NCBI GenBank assembly: GCA_964458415.1
Contig: CAYWIT010000001.1
Span: 120,207-184,206, forward strand
Length of the DNA: 64,000 nt
DNA from: an uncultured Rhodospirillaceae bacterium
GTDB lineage: Bacteria; Pseudomonadota; Alphaproteobacteria; Micavibrionales; UBA2020
Direction of reading: 5' to 3'
Shown here: positions 1 through 9,436 of the stretch, one piece after another
Numbering within the stretch: the first letter of the stretch is position 1
How the letters are laid out: every line of letters starts with the position of its first letter
Notes under the pieces: generated by a model
What the model was told of the DNA's origin: nothing
Seen by the model: the letters and a program-made list of their open reading frames with translations, nothing else
Database searches by the model: none
Made by a program: the position numbers and the translations under genes

Positions 1-705
1 TCAGGCGTTGACGCTTTCCTTGACTCCGGCTGGATCGCGCAGGACGTAGCCGCGCCCCCAGACGGTTTCGATGCAGTTGCCGGCCTCGGGAGAAATCTTT
101 TCAATCTTTTTACGCAGTTTGCAGATGAAAACGTCGATAATCTTGACTTCGGGCTCGTCCATGCCGCCATAAAGGTGGTTGAGGAACATTTCCTTGGTCA
201 GGGTCGCCCCTTTACGCAGGGACAGCAGTTCGATAATGCCGTATTCCTTGCTGGTCAGATGCAGCTGCTTGGCATCGACTTCAACAGTGCGTTGATCCAG
301 ATTGATGCTGATCGGGCCGGTTTTGATGATGCTTTGCGCATGGCCTTTGCTGCGGCGGACAATGGCCTGAATGCGGGCCAGCAGCTCGCGTTTGTCAAAG
401 GGCTTGGTCAGGTAGTCGTCGGCGCCGAAGCCGAGACCCTTGAGCTTGCTGTCCAGTTCGGAAAGGCCTGAAAGGATCAGGATAGGCGTTTCTACCTTGG
501 CGGCGCGCAGGCGCTTGAGAACTTCGTAACCATCAAGATCCGGCAGCATAAGGTCGAGGATAATGATGTCGTATTCATAGAGTTTGCCGATTTCCAGCCC
601 GTCTTCTCCCATATCGGTCGTGTCGACAACGTAGCCGTCCGCCTTGAGCATGAGTTCGATGCTTTTGGCTGTGTTCTGGTCATCTTCGATCAATAAAACC
701 CGCAT
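1..705 (-). CDS. ctrA: Master response regulator CtrA (OmpR family)
   Basis: Complete 234-aa ORF with its stop at nt 1-3. Receiver domain ([18 protein letters not shown]) plus winged helix ([11 protein letters not shown]). Long stretches match CtrA as I recall it ([43 protein letters not shown]). Confidence 0.88.
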   Translation of the reverse strand: MRVLLIEDDQNTAKSIELMLKADGYVVDTTDMGEDGLEIGKLYEYDIIILDLMLPDLDGYEVLKRLRAAKVETPILILSGLSELDSKLKGLGFGADDYLTKPFDKRELLARIQAIVRRSKGHAQSIIKTGPISINLDQRTVEVDAKQLHLTSKEYGIIELLSLRKGATLTKEMFLNHLYGGMDEPEVKIIDVFICKLRKKIEKISPEAGNCIETVWGRGYVLRDPAGVKESVNA

Positions 706-887
706 TTGACGTCTTCTCCCCTTTAGAAAATTTTAGTGATGTTGAATCCCTCTTTAATCCTTCCTTAGAATATACCATGTTTATTAATAAAGATTAAAAA
801 TATGACCTGTTTTTTAAACATAATTAACAAAAAGAAACTTTTTTTAGCTTATAATGAAATATGAGATAATCCTCCGAGGGGGAAATA

Positions 888-2246
888 ATGACATCACGAG
901 ACAGATTTATCGAGAATTTGGCAGACAGTATCGACGCTTTGCCGGATTACCAGCTTTTTGGCCGGGTCACCAAGATTTTAGGAATGCTGGTTGAAATTGG
1001 GGGGGTCGAGCGGGAGCTTGCTATTGGCGACCGCTGCAATCTGGTGCCGCGCGGTGTGGATCCGATTCCCTGCGAGGTTGTCGGTTTCCGAGAAGGCCGG
1101 GCGCTGGTGATGCCTTTCAAGCCGTTGGATCGTGTGGGCCTTGGCTGCCGCGCCGAAGTCGCGGCGGCACAACCGGTGATTTATCCCAATGCGTCGTGGC
1201 TGGGACGTGTTATCAATGCGATGGGCGAACCGCTCGATGGTAAGGGGCCGCTGCTGCAGGGGGAGGAACCGATGCTTCTGCGCAACCGGCCGCCGGCGGC
1301 GCATGACCGCAAACGGCTTGGGGACAAGCTGGACCTTGGTGTGCGGGCGATTAACTGCTTTTTGTCAACCTGCCGTGGCCAGCGGATGGGTATTTTTGCG
1401 GGTTCGGGCGTGGGAAAATCTGTGTTGATGTCGATGCTGGCGCGATATACCGAAGCTGAGGTCAGCGTTATCGGACTGATCGGTGAACGCGGACGCGAGG
1501 TGCAGGAATTTCTCGAGGATGATCTCGGCCCCGAAGGGCTGAAAAAAAGCGTGGTGATCGTCTCCACTTCCGATGAATCTCCGCTGATGCGCCGGCAGGG
1601 CGCCTATCTGACTCTCGCGGTGTCCGAATATTTTCGCGATCAGGGAAAGCAGGTTTTGTGCATGATGGACAGCGTGACGCGTTTCGCCATGGCGCAACGT
1701 GAAATCGGTCTTTCGGCGGGGGAGCCGCCGACAAGCAAAGGCTATCCGCCGACAACTTTTTCGGAATTGGCCCGTTTGCTGGAGCGTGCCGGTCCCGGCC
1801 ATAAGGGGGCCGGTGATATCACCGCCTATTTCTCGATATTGGTCGAGGGCGACGATCACAACGAACCGATCGCCGATGCCGTGCGCGGTATTATCGATGG
1901 TCACGTCGTGCTGGATCGTGCCATTGCCGACCGTGGACGCTATCCCGCGATCGACGTTTTGCGGAGCGTGTCACGCTCCATGCCGCGCTGCCTGACCGAT
2001 GCGCAGGCCGCCCTTGTCCAGAAAGGGCGGGAGATCATGTCCACTTACGAGGATATGGCCGAGCTGATCCGGCTGGGTGCTTACCGGCGCGGCAGCGACG
2101 CCAAGGTGGATCTGGCGATCGAGGTTTATCCGCAGCTGGATGCTTTTTTGGCGCAGAGGCCGGAGGAGAAAACCCTGCTGGAAGACGGGTATAAACAGCT
2201 TGCCGCTGTGCTGAGCATGCCCTATGAAACACCCGCAAAAAAATGA
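888..2246 (+). CDS. fliI: Flagellar export ATPase FliI
   Basis: 452 aa. Walker A GSGVGKS, F1/T3SS-ATPase-like core (RYPAIDVLRSVSR). GAGGGGGA RBS before the ATG. Confidence 0.95.
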   Translation: MTSRDRFIENLADSIDALPDYQLFGRVTKILGMLVEIGGVERELAIGDRCNLVPRGVDPIPCEVVGFREGRALVMPFKPLDRVGLGCRAEVAAAQPVIYPNASWLGRVINAMGEPLDGKGPLLQGEEPMLLRNRPPAAHDRKRLGDKLDLGVRAINCFLSTCRGQRMGIFAGSGVGKSVLMSMLARYTEAEVSVIGLIGERGREVQEFLEDDLGPEGLKKSVVIVSTSDESPLMRRQGAYLTLAVSEYFRDQGKQVLCMMDSVTRFAMAQREIGLSAGEPPTSKGYPPTTFSELARLLERAGPGHKGAGDITAYFSILVEGDDHNEPIADAVRGIIDGHVVLDRAIADRGRYPAIDVLRSVSRSMPRCLTDAQAALVQKGREIMSTYEDMAELIRLGAYRRGSDAKVDLAIEVYPQLDAFLAQRPEEKTLLEDGYKQLAAVLSMPYETPAKK

Positions 2247-2256
2247 TTGATCTTTC

Positions 2257-2685
2257 ATGGCAGATTTAACTGTTTTGATCCGGCTGCATAAACACGAGCT
2301 TGATGAGAAGCGTCGGGCTTTGGGGGAGCTCTATAGCGCTCTGTCCGAGCTGGAACGGCAAAGGCAGATGCTGAAGCAGGAATTGCAGCAGGAAAAAGAG
2401 AATGTCGCCCGTTCCGGTGATGTGCACTTTACCTTTGCTTCCTACGCCGCCGCCATGAAGAAAAAACGCGAGGCTCTGGAGCAGGACGCGGCGGTGCTGG
2501 AAGAGCGGATCGAACGGGCCAAGGAAAGCCTGATGGACACCTTCAGCGAACTGAAAAAATATGAGATGACGCAGGAGGAGCGCGCGCGGCTGGAGGAGGA
2601 GGAGCGCCGCGTTAAAGAATCGCGGATCATGGATGAAATAGGCCTGGAAGGCTTTCGCCGCAAGGGGGAGGAGGAAGGGATTTGA
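2257..2685 (+). CDS. fliJ: Flagellar export chaperone/stalk FliJ
   Basis: 142-aa charged coiled-coil ORF 10 nt after fliI, the canonical fliI-fliJ position and size. Confidence 0.75.
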   Translation: MADLTVLIRLHKHELDEKRRALGELYSALSELERQRQMLKQELQQEKENVARSGDVHFTFASYAAAMKKKREALEQDAAVLEERIERAKESLMDTFSELKKYEMTQEERARLEEEERRVKESRIMDEIGLEGFRRKGEEEGI

Positions 2686-3494
2686 AAATTGTCGAGGCCT
2701 TTACGGCCAGTAAAACCGGTGATGACAGTAAAAATGAAGATGCGATTGTCATCACGCCGGACTTTATTGCGGTGCTGGATGGCGTGACGTCCAAGCAATG
2801 TCCGCCCATTGACGGCAAGACAGGCGGGCGTTTCGCATCGGGAGAGGTTGCCTGCTTGATCGAAGACTTTCCCGTCGATATTACGGCTATTGAGGCCGTG
2901 AAGCGCCTGAATGCGGGATTACGTGCGGCGGTCAGCTTCAAAACGCAATTGCCCGCAGGGGTTGAACCGCCTTCGGTTGTGGCGGCGATTTATTCCCGCG
3001 CGCTGGGGCAAATCTGGCGCGTGGGCGATCTTGCCCTGATGATGGATGGCGTCATCAATGACGGAGGAAAGGAAGTGGACAGGGTTGCTTCCGCGGCGCG
3101 GGCTTTTGCCATTGAAATCGCGCTCAGCGAGGGACGCAGGCTCGACGATATCGCATTGCACGATATCGGCCGCGAGCAGATCATGCCGCTTTTGAAGGGG
3201 CAGCATTTCTTCGCTAACAGGCTGGGGCCTTATGGCTATGCCGTCATCGACGGCTCCAGTGTGCCGGAGGGCATGATCGAGATTTTTGATGTGCGCGAGA
3301 CCAGAGAACTCGTAATGGCTTCGGATGGCTATCCTGAAATTTTTGGGACGCTGGCTGAATCCGAAGCATTCCTGGCCGAGGTCTTGCATGAGGATCCGTT
3401 GCTTTTCCGCAAGTTCAAATCAACCAAGGGTCTGCAGCCGGGCAATATCTCTTTTGACGACAGGACCTATGTGCGGTTTTTGACTAACGGCTGA
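2682..3494 (+). CDS. PP2C-fold Ser/Thr phosphatase-like protein
   Basis: 270 aa. TTG start overlaps the fliJ stop (TTGA). PP2C-like motif order: KNEDAIVI, VLDGVTSK...GGRFASGEVA, LVMASDGYPE, FDDRTYVRF. Confidence 0.55.
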   Translation: MKIVEAFTASKTGDDSKNEDAIVITPDFIAVLDGVTSKQCPPIDGKTGGRFASGEVACLIEDFPVDITAIEAVKRLNAGLRAAVSFKTQLPAGVEPPSVVAAIYSRALGQIWRVGDLALMMDGVINDGGKEVDRVASAARAFAIEIALSEGRRLDDIALHDIGREQIMPLLKGQHFFANRLGPYGYAVIDGSSVPEGMIEIFDVRETRELVMASDGYPEIFGTLAESEAFLAEVLHEDPLLFRKFKSTKGLQPGNISFDDRTYVRFLTNG

Positions 3495-3496
3495 GA

Positions 3497-5485
3497 TTAG
3501 GCCAGCGTTCCGGCGTGATGTCCGGTTTCGATATTGACCCAGCTTTGCTGCCGTGTCTGGAAGCTGATAGCCCCTTGCAGATGAACCTGATCCAGTCCGG
3601 CATAAAATTTCTGCATGATTTCCTGCCGGGCGCCAAAGGGCAGGGGATCCGTGCTGCGCAGGATGATATCCAGCCTTTTTTTGTGCAGGAATCCGTCAAG
3701 CTGCATGTCTCCCATGCGGGAAAGACGCAGATTGAGAATAAAGCGCGTCACGGGCTTTGCGCCGCCTTCTTCTTCCTTTTTTTCCGGATCATGCTGCTGG
3801 CGCACCATGAATTGCAGATTATAAACCTGCTCTTGATGCAGAAGTGGCAGGGAAACAGGGCGCCACTCTCCGGATACAGGTTCCCGGGCTTGGCTGGAAA
3901 TCCGTCCGAAGTCGGAAGTCAGCCGTTCAAGAAGATCCTTGCGGCCGGATTGCCGGAGGGCCTGCAATGTATTTTCCCCGAGCCAACTGCCAAGATCGCC
4001 CATGCGCAACACGGCAAGAAACAAAAGAGCGGTAGGGGCGATACGCTGGGGCTGCGCGGTGGAAGGCAGGACATTGCGCAGGGCCTGTGCGGCATCTGAC
4101 GTTATCGTCGAGACGGTCTGCAATGTTTCTTCCAGCGCTGTCCAGCGCAGTGAAAGCAGGGGATCAAGTCCTTGCAGGGGACGTTCCGGCACGGCGGGCG
4201 ATTCCTTAAAGGCATTGAGGAGCTGTTCCGGCGACAAGGGGGTGGCCGCGAAAGTAACGAGGCTGCCAGGGGGAAGCGGGGCTTGCGTTTTCAGCACAAA
4301 ATCCCCCGTTTCCGTGCGGATCACCGGAAATCCGCTGGGCGTTGGCGCCCCCCCCTGTCCGGTAATGAGTCCTGCGGCAGGGGGTGCGGGTATTTTTTGG
4401 GATGTGGCGGCGGTTGGGGGCAGGATGGAAATAATTTCAAGGCGCTGCATATTTTGCGGTAAGGCTGCCGTAATGGAGTCTGTTTTTCCGGGGGGCACTG
4501 GTGCGGGGCCCGATCTGGTCTGGGGCTGCGAAAAGTTTTCAAGAATAGAGATAAAAGGGGCCAGCGCGTATTTCCCCACGCCTGTCGGATTCTCTGTCGG
4601 GGGAGTTGGCGAAGACGCCGGATTTGGAAAAAGGCGCGGAAGAAGGGCCTGAAAAATATTTTTATCCTCTTCCGGCGGGGGCGCCGGTATTGCTTGCGGC
4701 GGGATGTGGCTTTGTAACGCGGCCAGCGTCGGCGGGGTCAGGTAGGGCCCGAGCATGTCGAGCGTTGCTGGCGCTGTAAGAAAAGAAAACAGGATTTTTT
4801 GCTCCGCGGGCGGCAGCTGTGACAAGGCTTGCGGGATATTTTCCGCCATCAGGATTTTTTGTACGACGTCTGGAATTTGATTGAATTGAATGGCTGCTTT
4901 GATAAGTTCGACCGGGACGGATTGTTTTATCTCCCTGAAGGCGGCGGCAATCGTTTGCAGCGCAAAATATTTTTCTTTTTGGCTGTCTTGCGGGAGCGCC
5001 ACGGATGGGGACGTCGCGGGAATGTAAATTGCCATGACGCTGTCTCCGGGCTTTAGCGGAGGGAGGGGGGGCTGTTGCGGTTTTACGGCCTCCATCATGG
5101 TCTGCAGGGCTTCTTCTTGTTGTCCTGTCACTGTGATGCTGGCCAGTGCCGCTGCGGCCTCCTGCCGGGTGAGTGTAACGCGCACTTCTCTGCCGGGGGG
5201 GATTTGCTCTTCTGTGCGAATGACGATGTCACCGCTTTCCGTTCTGATGCGCATTTCCCCGCTGGCGGCGTTTTTTTCCACAACCGTTCCGGTCAATTGC
5301 ATCTGCACCTGTGCCTGAATTTCCCGGCGCAGTTCCTCGGGCAAAACGATGATCATGGCGTCACGGATAACAGGACGTGCCGGAGCTGCGGGGGTGACGG
5401 GCGACACTGGATTGTTGCGATCCACGGGAGTCGCGACAGTCGTTGACACTGGCGTGGAGGGAGGGATACGTGAACTTGTCGTCAT
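3497..5485 (-). CDS. Proline-rich protein with FliK-like (hook-length-control type) C-terminal domain
   Basis: The tracked ORF runs to 5557, but the ATG at 5485 has a GGAGGA RBS and lies 28 nt after the flhG stop. Low-complexity Pro/Ala/Ser N-terminal part. The C-terminus aligns by eye with the FliK C-terminus encoded at 20002-21663. Confidence 0.6.
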   Translation of the reverse strand: MTTSSRIPPSTPVSTTVATPVDRNNPVSPVTPAAPARPVIRDAMIIVLPEELRREIQAQVQMQLTGTVVEKNAASGEMRIRTESGDIVIRTEEQIPPGREVRVTLTRQEAAAALASITVTGQQEEALQTMMEAVKPQQPPLPPLKPGDSVMAIYIPATSPSVALPQDSQKEKYFALQTIAAAFREIKQSVPVELIKAAIQFNQIPDVVQKILMAENIPQALSQLPPAEQKILFSFLTAPATLDMLGPYLTPPTLAALQSHIPPQAIPAPPPEEDKNIFQALLPRLFPNPASSPTPPTENPTGVGKYALAPFISILENFSQPQTRSGPAPVPPGKTDSITAALPQNMQRLEIISILPPTAATSQKIPAPPAAGLITGQGGAPTPSGFPVIRTETGDFVLKTQAPLPPGSLVTFAATPLSPEQLLNAFKESPAVPERPLQGLDPLLSLRWTALEETLQTVSTITSDAAQALRNVLPSTAQPQRIAPTALLFLAVLRMGDLGSWLGENTLQALRQSGRKDLLERLTSDFGRISSQAREPVSGEWRPVSLPLLHQEQVYNLQFMVRQQHDPEKKEEEGGAKPVTRFILNLRLSRMGDMQLDGFLHKKRLDIILRSTDPLPFGARQEIMQKFYAGLDQVHLQGAISFQTRQQSWVNIETGHHAGTLA

Positions 5486-5513
5486 GGCTCCTCCGTCCTT
5501 TCTGTCGGCGCTG

Positions 5514-6314
5514 TCAGACGAGGACTTCCTGTGTGATGTATCCGGCGACGGCTTCAATATCTGCCGCCGTTTCGGTATTCGGCGTACGGGTCAGGTAAAG
5601 CGTCTGGCCGCGGATCGCGTCACGGACGCGCTTGTCCTGCCGGATAACGCCGGCCAGCGGCGGTGTGATTTTCAGGAAGTTCTTGCAGGCTTTCAGGAGC
5701 GTATTATAAGTCGTTTCTCCTTCTTTCTTGCTGCCTGTCATATTCACGATGACGCGAAGATTGTCAGAATGCCCCGCGGCATGGCTGAGTTTGATAAAGG
5801 CATAGGCGTCCGTCAGCGCGGTGGGCTCATCTGTTGTTACAACCAGTGTTGCGTCTGCTGCCGCCGCCATGAAACGCACGGTGCGGTCAATTCCGGCGCC
5901 GAGGTCAATAATAATGGCGTCGTAGCGCGGCAGCAAGGCGCGGAGCTGTTGCAATATATCGTTCAGGCGTTGCAGCGGCATGGCGGAGAGCGAGCCGTGA
6001 CCCGATCGTCCGGCAATTACATCGAATCCGCCATCGGCATAATGCTCGACCACGCGTTCCATGCCCAGATTGCCTTCGATCACGTCATTCAGGTCGCGCT
6101 TGGCCATCAGGCCGAGCTGGACGTCAATATTGGCGAGTCCCAGATCGCCGTCGAACAGCAGGACTTTCTTGCCCTGTTTTGCCAGCGCATGACTGAGCGT
6201 GATGGAGAACCAGGTTTTTCCGACGCCGCCCTTGCCGGAAGCAACGGCGATCAGGCGGTGCGGCCCGGACGGAAGCTGGGGTTTCTGCGGGGGGGCCTGC
6301 ATTTCAATCGTCAT
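5514..6314 (-). CDS. flhG: MinD/ParA-type flagellar number regulator FlhG (FleN)
   Basis: 266 aa. Deviant Walker A GKGGVGKTW. ATGA overlap with the flhF stop. Confidence 0.85.
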   Translation of the reverse strand: MTIEMQAPPQKPQLPSGPHRLIAVASGKGGVGKTWFSITLSHALAKQGKKVLLFDGDLGLANIDVQLGLMAKRDLNDVIEGNLGMERVVEHYADGGFDVIAGRSGHGSLSAMPLQRLNDILQQLRALLPRYDAIIIDLGAGIDRTVRFMAAAADATLVVTTDEPTALTDAYAFIKLSHAAGHSDNLRVIVNMTGSKKEGETTYNTLLKACKNFLKITPPLAGVIRQDKRVRDAIRGQTLYLTRTPNTETAADIEAVAGYITQEVLV

Positions 6315-7324
6315 GATTTACCCCTTCCTGAAGTGGTTTTTTTCTTGTCTTTTACTTTATCCTCTTTGGGTAAAGAGGGGATTAACAGCGTGGCCAGCGT
6401 CTCGGGCGTGATATGCATAATTCCATGCGCGACCTGCGGGGTGTGGCTGGCCTCGGTAAAGGCAAGGCCGGCCCGCTCTGCCGCGCTCAGCAGGCCGCCC
6501 AGCCGACGCGCGAAATCGAGCCTTGTCGGAATAAATTTATGAACGCCAAGGACTTCGAAAGTCATGGCAATTTCGGCCGATTCCTCGGCATCGATTCCGG
6601 CGGGAAGAACCAGCGCGCTTTCCGTTTCCGTGACGGACATCAAGCGGGCGAGGTGTTTCATTTCCTGCGGGTCAAATGGATTGAGTCCCCCTGTATCAAT
6701 GATGATTTCATCGGCTCCCTCCGCCCGCAACAGGGCCTGCCGGAGGCTCTTGGGATCATCCGCTTGTAACAGCGGCAGGGAAAGAATATCGAGGAAGGCG
6801 GAAAGCTGCTCGATCCCGCCCGCCCGCGCGATATCCGTTGTGATAATCGCCGGTTTTCTGCCAGCCATGACCGATTGCGCGGCCAGTTTTGCCGTCATCA
6901 GCGTTTTTCCGGCACCGGGGGGGCCGACCAGCATGACGGGATGCTTTTGCGCAGAAAACAGAGGATGAAAGGGAAAACTTTTTTCCAGAGCCTGCGCCAG
7001 CAGCTTTTGCGGGTCGCCCCCTCCCATTGTCATGGCGGTGCTGATAACACGGTCGCTGACACTGGCCGGGACACGGTGCCGGAGCAGGGCATCGGTGATC
7101 GTTTCCGCAACGGTTTCCTCGTCGTAGCCTTCCGGAATTTCCCGTTCCAGCGTTTCAAGGATATTCTCCGGCTGCGGGTTTACCTGCTCGATAGCGGCGG
7201 TGATGCGAACCCAGCCGCTTGGCTCTTCGCGTGAACTGACGATGATCGCATCGTCGCCCAGCGTTTCCTTGATCTGGCGCATGGCATCGGACATCGATTT
7301 TGCCTGAAATGACTTGAGGCGCAT
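6311..7324 (-). CDS. flhF: SRP-type GTPase FlhF (flagellar placement)
   Basis: 337 aa. G1 GPPGAGKT and DTGG motifs. N-terminus MRLKSFQAKSMSDAMRQIKETLG is typical of FlhF. Sits directly after flhA. Confidence 0.85.
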   Translation of the reverse strand: MRLKSFQAKSMSDAMRQIKETLGDDAIIVSSREEPSGWVRITAAIEQVNPQPENILETLEREIPEGYDEETVAETITDALLRHRVPASVSDRVISTAMTMGGGDPQKLLAQALEKSFPFHPLFSAQKHPVMLVGPPGAGKTLMTAKLAAQSVMAGRKPAIITTDIARAGGIEQLSAFLDILSLPLLQADDPKSLRQALLRAEGADEIIIDTGGLNPFDPQEMKHLARLMSVTETESALVLPAGIDAEESAEIAMTFEVLGVHKFIPTRLDFARRLGGLLSAAERAGLAFTEASHTPQVAHGIMHITPETLATLLIPSLPKEDKVKDKKKTTSGRGKS

Positions 7325-7342
7325 GGTTCCCTTTTATTCCTG

Positions 7343-9433
7343 TCAGGTGATCTGGGCCAGAGTTTTAATCCGTGCCCGCGGATGAATCTCGTTCTGCGAC
7401 ATGATGGTGGTTTGCGGGCGGAATCTTTCGATAATGGAGCGGACATAGGGTCGGATGGCCGGGCTCGTCAGCATGACGGGGGCCTCTCCCTTCATCGCCA
7501 TGTCCTCGTACACGGTGCGGACAGACTGGATAAACTGTTGCAGGCGGGAAGGCGGCATCGCCAGCTGCTTTTCCTCGCCCTGTCCGACGAGAGATTCGGC
7601 AAAAGCCTGTTCCCAGTCGCCGGAGAGGGTCACAAGCGGCAGGATTCCGGCGGCATTGCTGTGCTGGTCGCAGAGCTGGCGGGCCATGCGCGAGCGGACA
7701 TGTTCGGTGATCATCGTGACGCTATGCGTAAAGCCCGTCGCTTCGGCAACCCCTTCAAGGATGGTGGGCAGATCGCGGATGGAAACGCGCTCGCCGACAA
7801 GGTTTTGCAAAACGCGCTGCAGCCCGGTCAGGGTGATCTTCCCGGGGATGACGTCGGCAATGAGTTTCTGGTGTGTGGCGGGCAGTTCATCCAGAAGCTT
7901 TTGCGTTTCCGCATAGGACAGCAGATCCTGCATGTTGTCCTTGATGATTTCGGTGACGTGGGTCGTGATGACTGTGGCGGGATCGACGACGGTATAGCCG
8001 CGGAAATGCGCTTCTTCGCGGTAGTCGTTCCCGATCCACATGGCGGGCAGGCCAAAAGTAGGCTCGCGCGTGTTTTCACCGGGCAAATCAACGCGCTCGC
8101 CTGTCGGGCTCATGCAGAGGAGCATGTCGGGCCTGATTTCGCCGCGCCCGGCCTCGATTTCCTTGATGCGGACGATATAAGTATTCGGGGGCAGTTGCAG
8201 GTTATCCTGAATCCGCACCGAGGGCAGGATGAAGCCCATGTCCTCGGCGAGTTGACGGCGCAGACCTTTGATTTGTTCCGTCAGGCGGCCCGCTTCCGGC
8301 GCGTTGACAAGCGGCAGCAGGCCATAGCCGAGTTCGATGCGGATGTTGTCGATGGCGAGCGCCTTGGAAATCGGTTCTTCTGCGACCGGTACGGCGGCTG
8401 CCGCTTCCTTATCGGCCTCTTCTTTTGAAGCGATGATTTTCTTGCGGGCCTGCGTTGTCCGCCAAGCGGCAAATCCTGCCCCTCCTGCGATAATCAGAAA
8501 AGGCACTGCCGGAATGCCGGGCATGGCGGCCAGAAAGAGCATGAGCACGGAGCTCAATGTGAGGGCTTGCGGATATTTGCTCAACTGCGCGAAAAGCGCT
8601 TTTTCCGCGGAACCCGAAACGCCGGCCTTGGAAACGAGCATGCCAGCGGCGACAGAAACGATCAGGGCGGGAATCTGGCTGACCAGTCCGTCACCGATGG
8701 TGAGGTGCGTATAGGTGCTTGCGGCTGTGGAGAAATCAAGATCTTTCTGAGCCATGCCGATAATCATGCCGGCGATAATGTTGATAAAGACAATGAGCAG
8801 GCCGGCGATCGCATCGCCACGGACGAATTTCGCGGCACCGTCCATGGAACCGAAGAAGGTGCTTTCCTGTTCCAGCTGGCTGCGGCGGAATTTGGCCTCT
8901 TTTTCGTCGATCAGCCCGGCGGAAAGATCGGCGTCAACAGCCATTTGCTTGCCCGGCATGGCGTCTAGGCTGAATCTGGCAGCGACCTCGGCGATGCGGC
9001 CTGCACCCTTGGTCACGACAACGAAATTGACAATGGTCAGGATCGCAAAAACGATAACGCCAATGACGAAGTTGTCCTGCATGACAAAGCCGCCAAAGGC
9101 CTCGATGACGTGGCCGGCCGCCGTTTCGCCTTCGTGGCCGTGGGCGAGGATCAGGCGCGTGGAGGCGAGATTCAGGGCCAGACGGATCATTGTTGCGACA
9201 AGAAGGATTGTCGGAAAAGAGCTCAGTTCAAGGGGCTTTTCGATGAACAGGGCTGTCATCAGGATCAGAACGGAAAAAGACAGGGACAGCGCAAGGCTGA
9301 TATCAAGCAGCCAGCTGGGCATGGGCAGGACCAGCACGGTCAGGATGGAGATAATGCCAAGCGCAAAAATAACATCGCCGCGCAAGCGGAATCCTGTTTT
9401 GCTGCTGATTGCGGGGGCGCCTGCTTCGGCCAT
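7343..9433 (-). CDS. flhA: Flagellar export gate protein FlhA
   Basis: 696 aa. N-terminal polytopic membrane domain plus a large cytoplasmic domain. Typical FHIPEP-family sequence (FVRGDAIAGLLI...). Confidence 0.97.
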   Translation of the reverse strand: MAEAGAPAISSKTGFRLRGDVIFALGIISILTVLVLPMPSWLLDISLALSLSFSVLILMTALFIEKPLELSSFPTILLVATMIRLALNLASTRLILAHGHEGETAAGHVIEAFGGFVMQDNFVIGVIVFAILTIVNFVVVTKGAGRIAEVAARFSLDAMPGKQMAVDADLSAGLIDEKEAKFRRSQLEQESTFFGSMDGAAKFVRGDAIAGLLIVFINIIAGMIIGMAQKDLDFSTAASTYTHLTIGDGLVSQIPALIVSVAAGMLVSKAGVSGSAEKALFAQLSKYPQALTLSSVLMLFLAAMPGIPAVPFLIIAGGAGFAAWRTTQARKKIIASKEEADKEAAAAVPVAEEPISKALAIDNIRIELGYGLLPLVNAPEAGRLTEQIKGLRRQLAEDMGFILPSVRIQDNLQLPPNTYIVRIKEIEAGRGEIRPDMLLCMSPTGERVDLPGENTREPTFGLPAMWIGNDYREEAHFRGYTVVDPATVITTHVTEIIKDNMQDLLSYAETQKLLDELPATHQKLIADVIPGKITLTGLQRVLQNLVGERVSIRDLPTILEGVAEATGFTHSVTMITEHVRSRMARQLCDQHSNAAGILPLVTLSGDWEQAFAESLVGQGEEKQLAMPPSRLQQFIQSVRTVYEDMAMKGEAPVMLTSPAIRPYVRSIIERFRPQTTIMSQNEIHPRARIKTLAQIT

Positions 9434-9436
9434 GGC

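Noticed and set aside
784-828. CtrA-box-like sequences in the ctrA/fliI divergent region (TTAAtaaagaTTAA, TTAAacataaTTAAC, TTAAtccttccTTAG)
   Set aside because: The two perfect pairs have N6 rather than N7 spacing, and the N7 readings need a mismatched half-site. They may still be autoregulatory sites but cannot be called from sequence alone.
5486-5557. Upstream extension of the proline-rich ORF overlapping flhG by 44 nt
   Set aside because: The internal ATG at 5485 has a GGAGGA RBS and removes the overlap. Likewise, internal starts are preferred for fliG (12814), fliH (11784), flaF (15934), the flagellin gene (17313) and fadD copy 2 (38126).
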